Shown one piece after another: positions 48,439-49,120 of a stretch of 49,120 nucleotides of DNA. The stretch's first letter is position 1. Every line of letters begins with the position of its first letter. This stretch comes from a virus. Taxonomy: Duplodnaviria > Caudoviricetes. Made by a program: the position numbers and the translations under genes. The DNA is taken from the IMG/VR virus record IMGVR_UViG_3300017754_001496, positions 1 through 49,120 of that record; one strand, 5' to 3'. Below the pieces are notes generated by a model. It ran no database searches. It was not told the DNA's origin and saw only the letters and a program-made list of their open reading frames with translations.

Positions 48439-48897
48439 ATGGCACAACCTTCAACAATTTACAAACCAGGCAAGTTAAACTATGTTTGGAACTATCTAAG
48501 TTCAACATTAGATGCATTCAAAGCAAAATTGCTTGGATATAAAAGTTATAAAGCATTTCTTACACAGACTGGAACAGATGCTCCAGTGGCTTCAGTGGTA
48601 GAAAATACTTTAGGATTAAGTTTGACTTATGAATATGACAGTGTAGGAACTTACTTTATATACAGTAACAACTTAATTTTTAATTCTCCTACAGAAACTG
48701 AAGATGGAAGAAAGGTTGAAATAATAATGACTCCAACTTATACAATTGATGGTTCAGGATTTGACACTCAATTTTTTGCTTATCCTGTGTTCTTTAATGT
48801 AATTACATTAAACAGTTGGACTGCATTAGCAAATGCAGATAATTTATTAGGATTTTTCTGTTCAACAACTTTAGAAATCAGAGTTTATAATAAATAA
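48439..48897 (+). CDS. Putative structural beta-domain protein sharing its N-terminal leader with the upstream fibre
   Basis: MAQPSTIYKPGKLNYVWNYL leader, then YKSYKAFLTQTGTDAPVASVVENTLG...VGTY...LEIRVYN. Confidence 0.65.
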   Translation: MAQPSTIYKPGKLNYVWNYLSSTLDAFKAKLLGYKSYKAFLTQTGTDAPVASVVENTLGLSLTYEYDSVGTYFIYSNNLIFNSPTETEDGRKVEIIMTPTYTIDGSGFDTQFFAYPVFFNVITLNSWTALANADNLLGFFCSTTLEIRVYNK

Positions 48898-48902
48898 TAA
48901 CC

Positions 48903-49019
48903 ATGGCACAATTTACTCCTGAAACTTTGATGGCATATTTAGTAGCTAAGTATGCTTATCTAAATGATAATGATGTAAAGGCACAACAAGTGTATGACTA
49001 CATAATGTCAAAACAATAA
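48903..49019 (+). CDS. Small hypothetical protein, 38 aa (absent from the ORF track)
   Basis: MAQFTPETLMAYLVAKYAYLNDNDVKAQQVYDYIMSKQ*. It fills the gap almost exactly and has the same ATGGCA start context as its neighbours. Confidence 0.6.
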   Translation: MAQFTPETLMAYLVAKYAYLNDNDVKAQQVYDYIMSKQ

Positions 49020-49021
49020 TT

Positions 49022-49120
49022 ATGGCAAAATCACCAGCTTGGCAAAGAAAAGAAGGCAAGTCTGCTAGTGGCGGACTTAATGCTAAAGGTAGAGCATCAT
49101 ACAATAGAGCTAACCCTGGG
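49022..49120 (+). CDS. Small basic phage protein, DUF6321-like, 3'-truncated
   Basis: MAKSPAWQRKEGKSASGGLNAKGRASYNRANPG..., recalled as a common phage family and not verified. Confidence 0.65.
   Translation, partial: MAKSPAWQRKEGKSASGGLNAKGRASYNRANPG

Noticed and set aside
1-49120. Stop-codon reassignment, known in some crAss-like phages
   Set aside because: The genes are intact under the standard code and end in TAA or TGA. None of the called genes ends in TAG, but none needs TAG readthrough either, so there is no positive evidence.
45554-49120. A complete diversity-generating retroelement
   Set aside because: No reverse transcriptase and no adenine-variant template repeat were seen in the window.
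1-49120. tRNA, rRNA, structured ncRNA or strong intrinsic terminators
   Set aside because: Intergenic gaps are at most about 65 bp and AT-rich, with no cloverleaf or GC-rich stem plus U-tract seen.

Overview
The window is an AT-rich, almost gap-free, all plus-strand late (virion) gene block of a crAss-like podovirus (Crassvirales-like). The host is probably Bacteroidota, because there are few Shine-Dalgarno-like sites and many ATGA/TAATG overlaps. Gene order: partial metallophosphoesterase, IHF/HU-like protein, GH24 lysozyme, two ring/tail-tubular proteins, a small HExxH protein and a 1611-aa muzzle/tail-stabilisation protein. Next come three modular cargo-like proteins punctuated by about 25 [FYAMK]-[QK]-x-G-G-type motifs, a 924-aa cargo protein, and three giant ejection proteins (1644, 3863 and 2248 aa). 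The 3863-aa protein is a virion RNA polymerase (DFDID) with zincin and ASCH-like domains, and the 2248-aa protein carries a PD-(D/E)xK nuclease. The window ends with a lectin-fold receptor-binding candidate, fibre-like genes and tiny basic proteins. The two most striking signals are (1) GG-delimited cassette 'polyproteins', some cassettes flanked by 13-14 bp direct repeats, and (2) terminal cysteines placed head-to-tail across the three nearly Cys-free giant proteins. No RNA genes, CRISPR arrays, introns, inteins or stop-codon recoding were seen. All family assignments come from motif recognition by eye, not from database searches.
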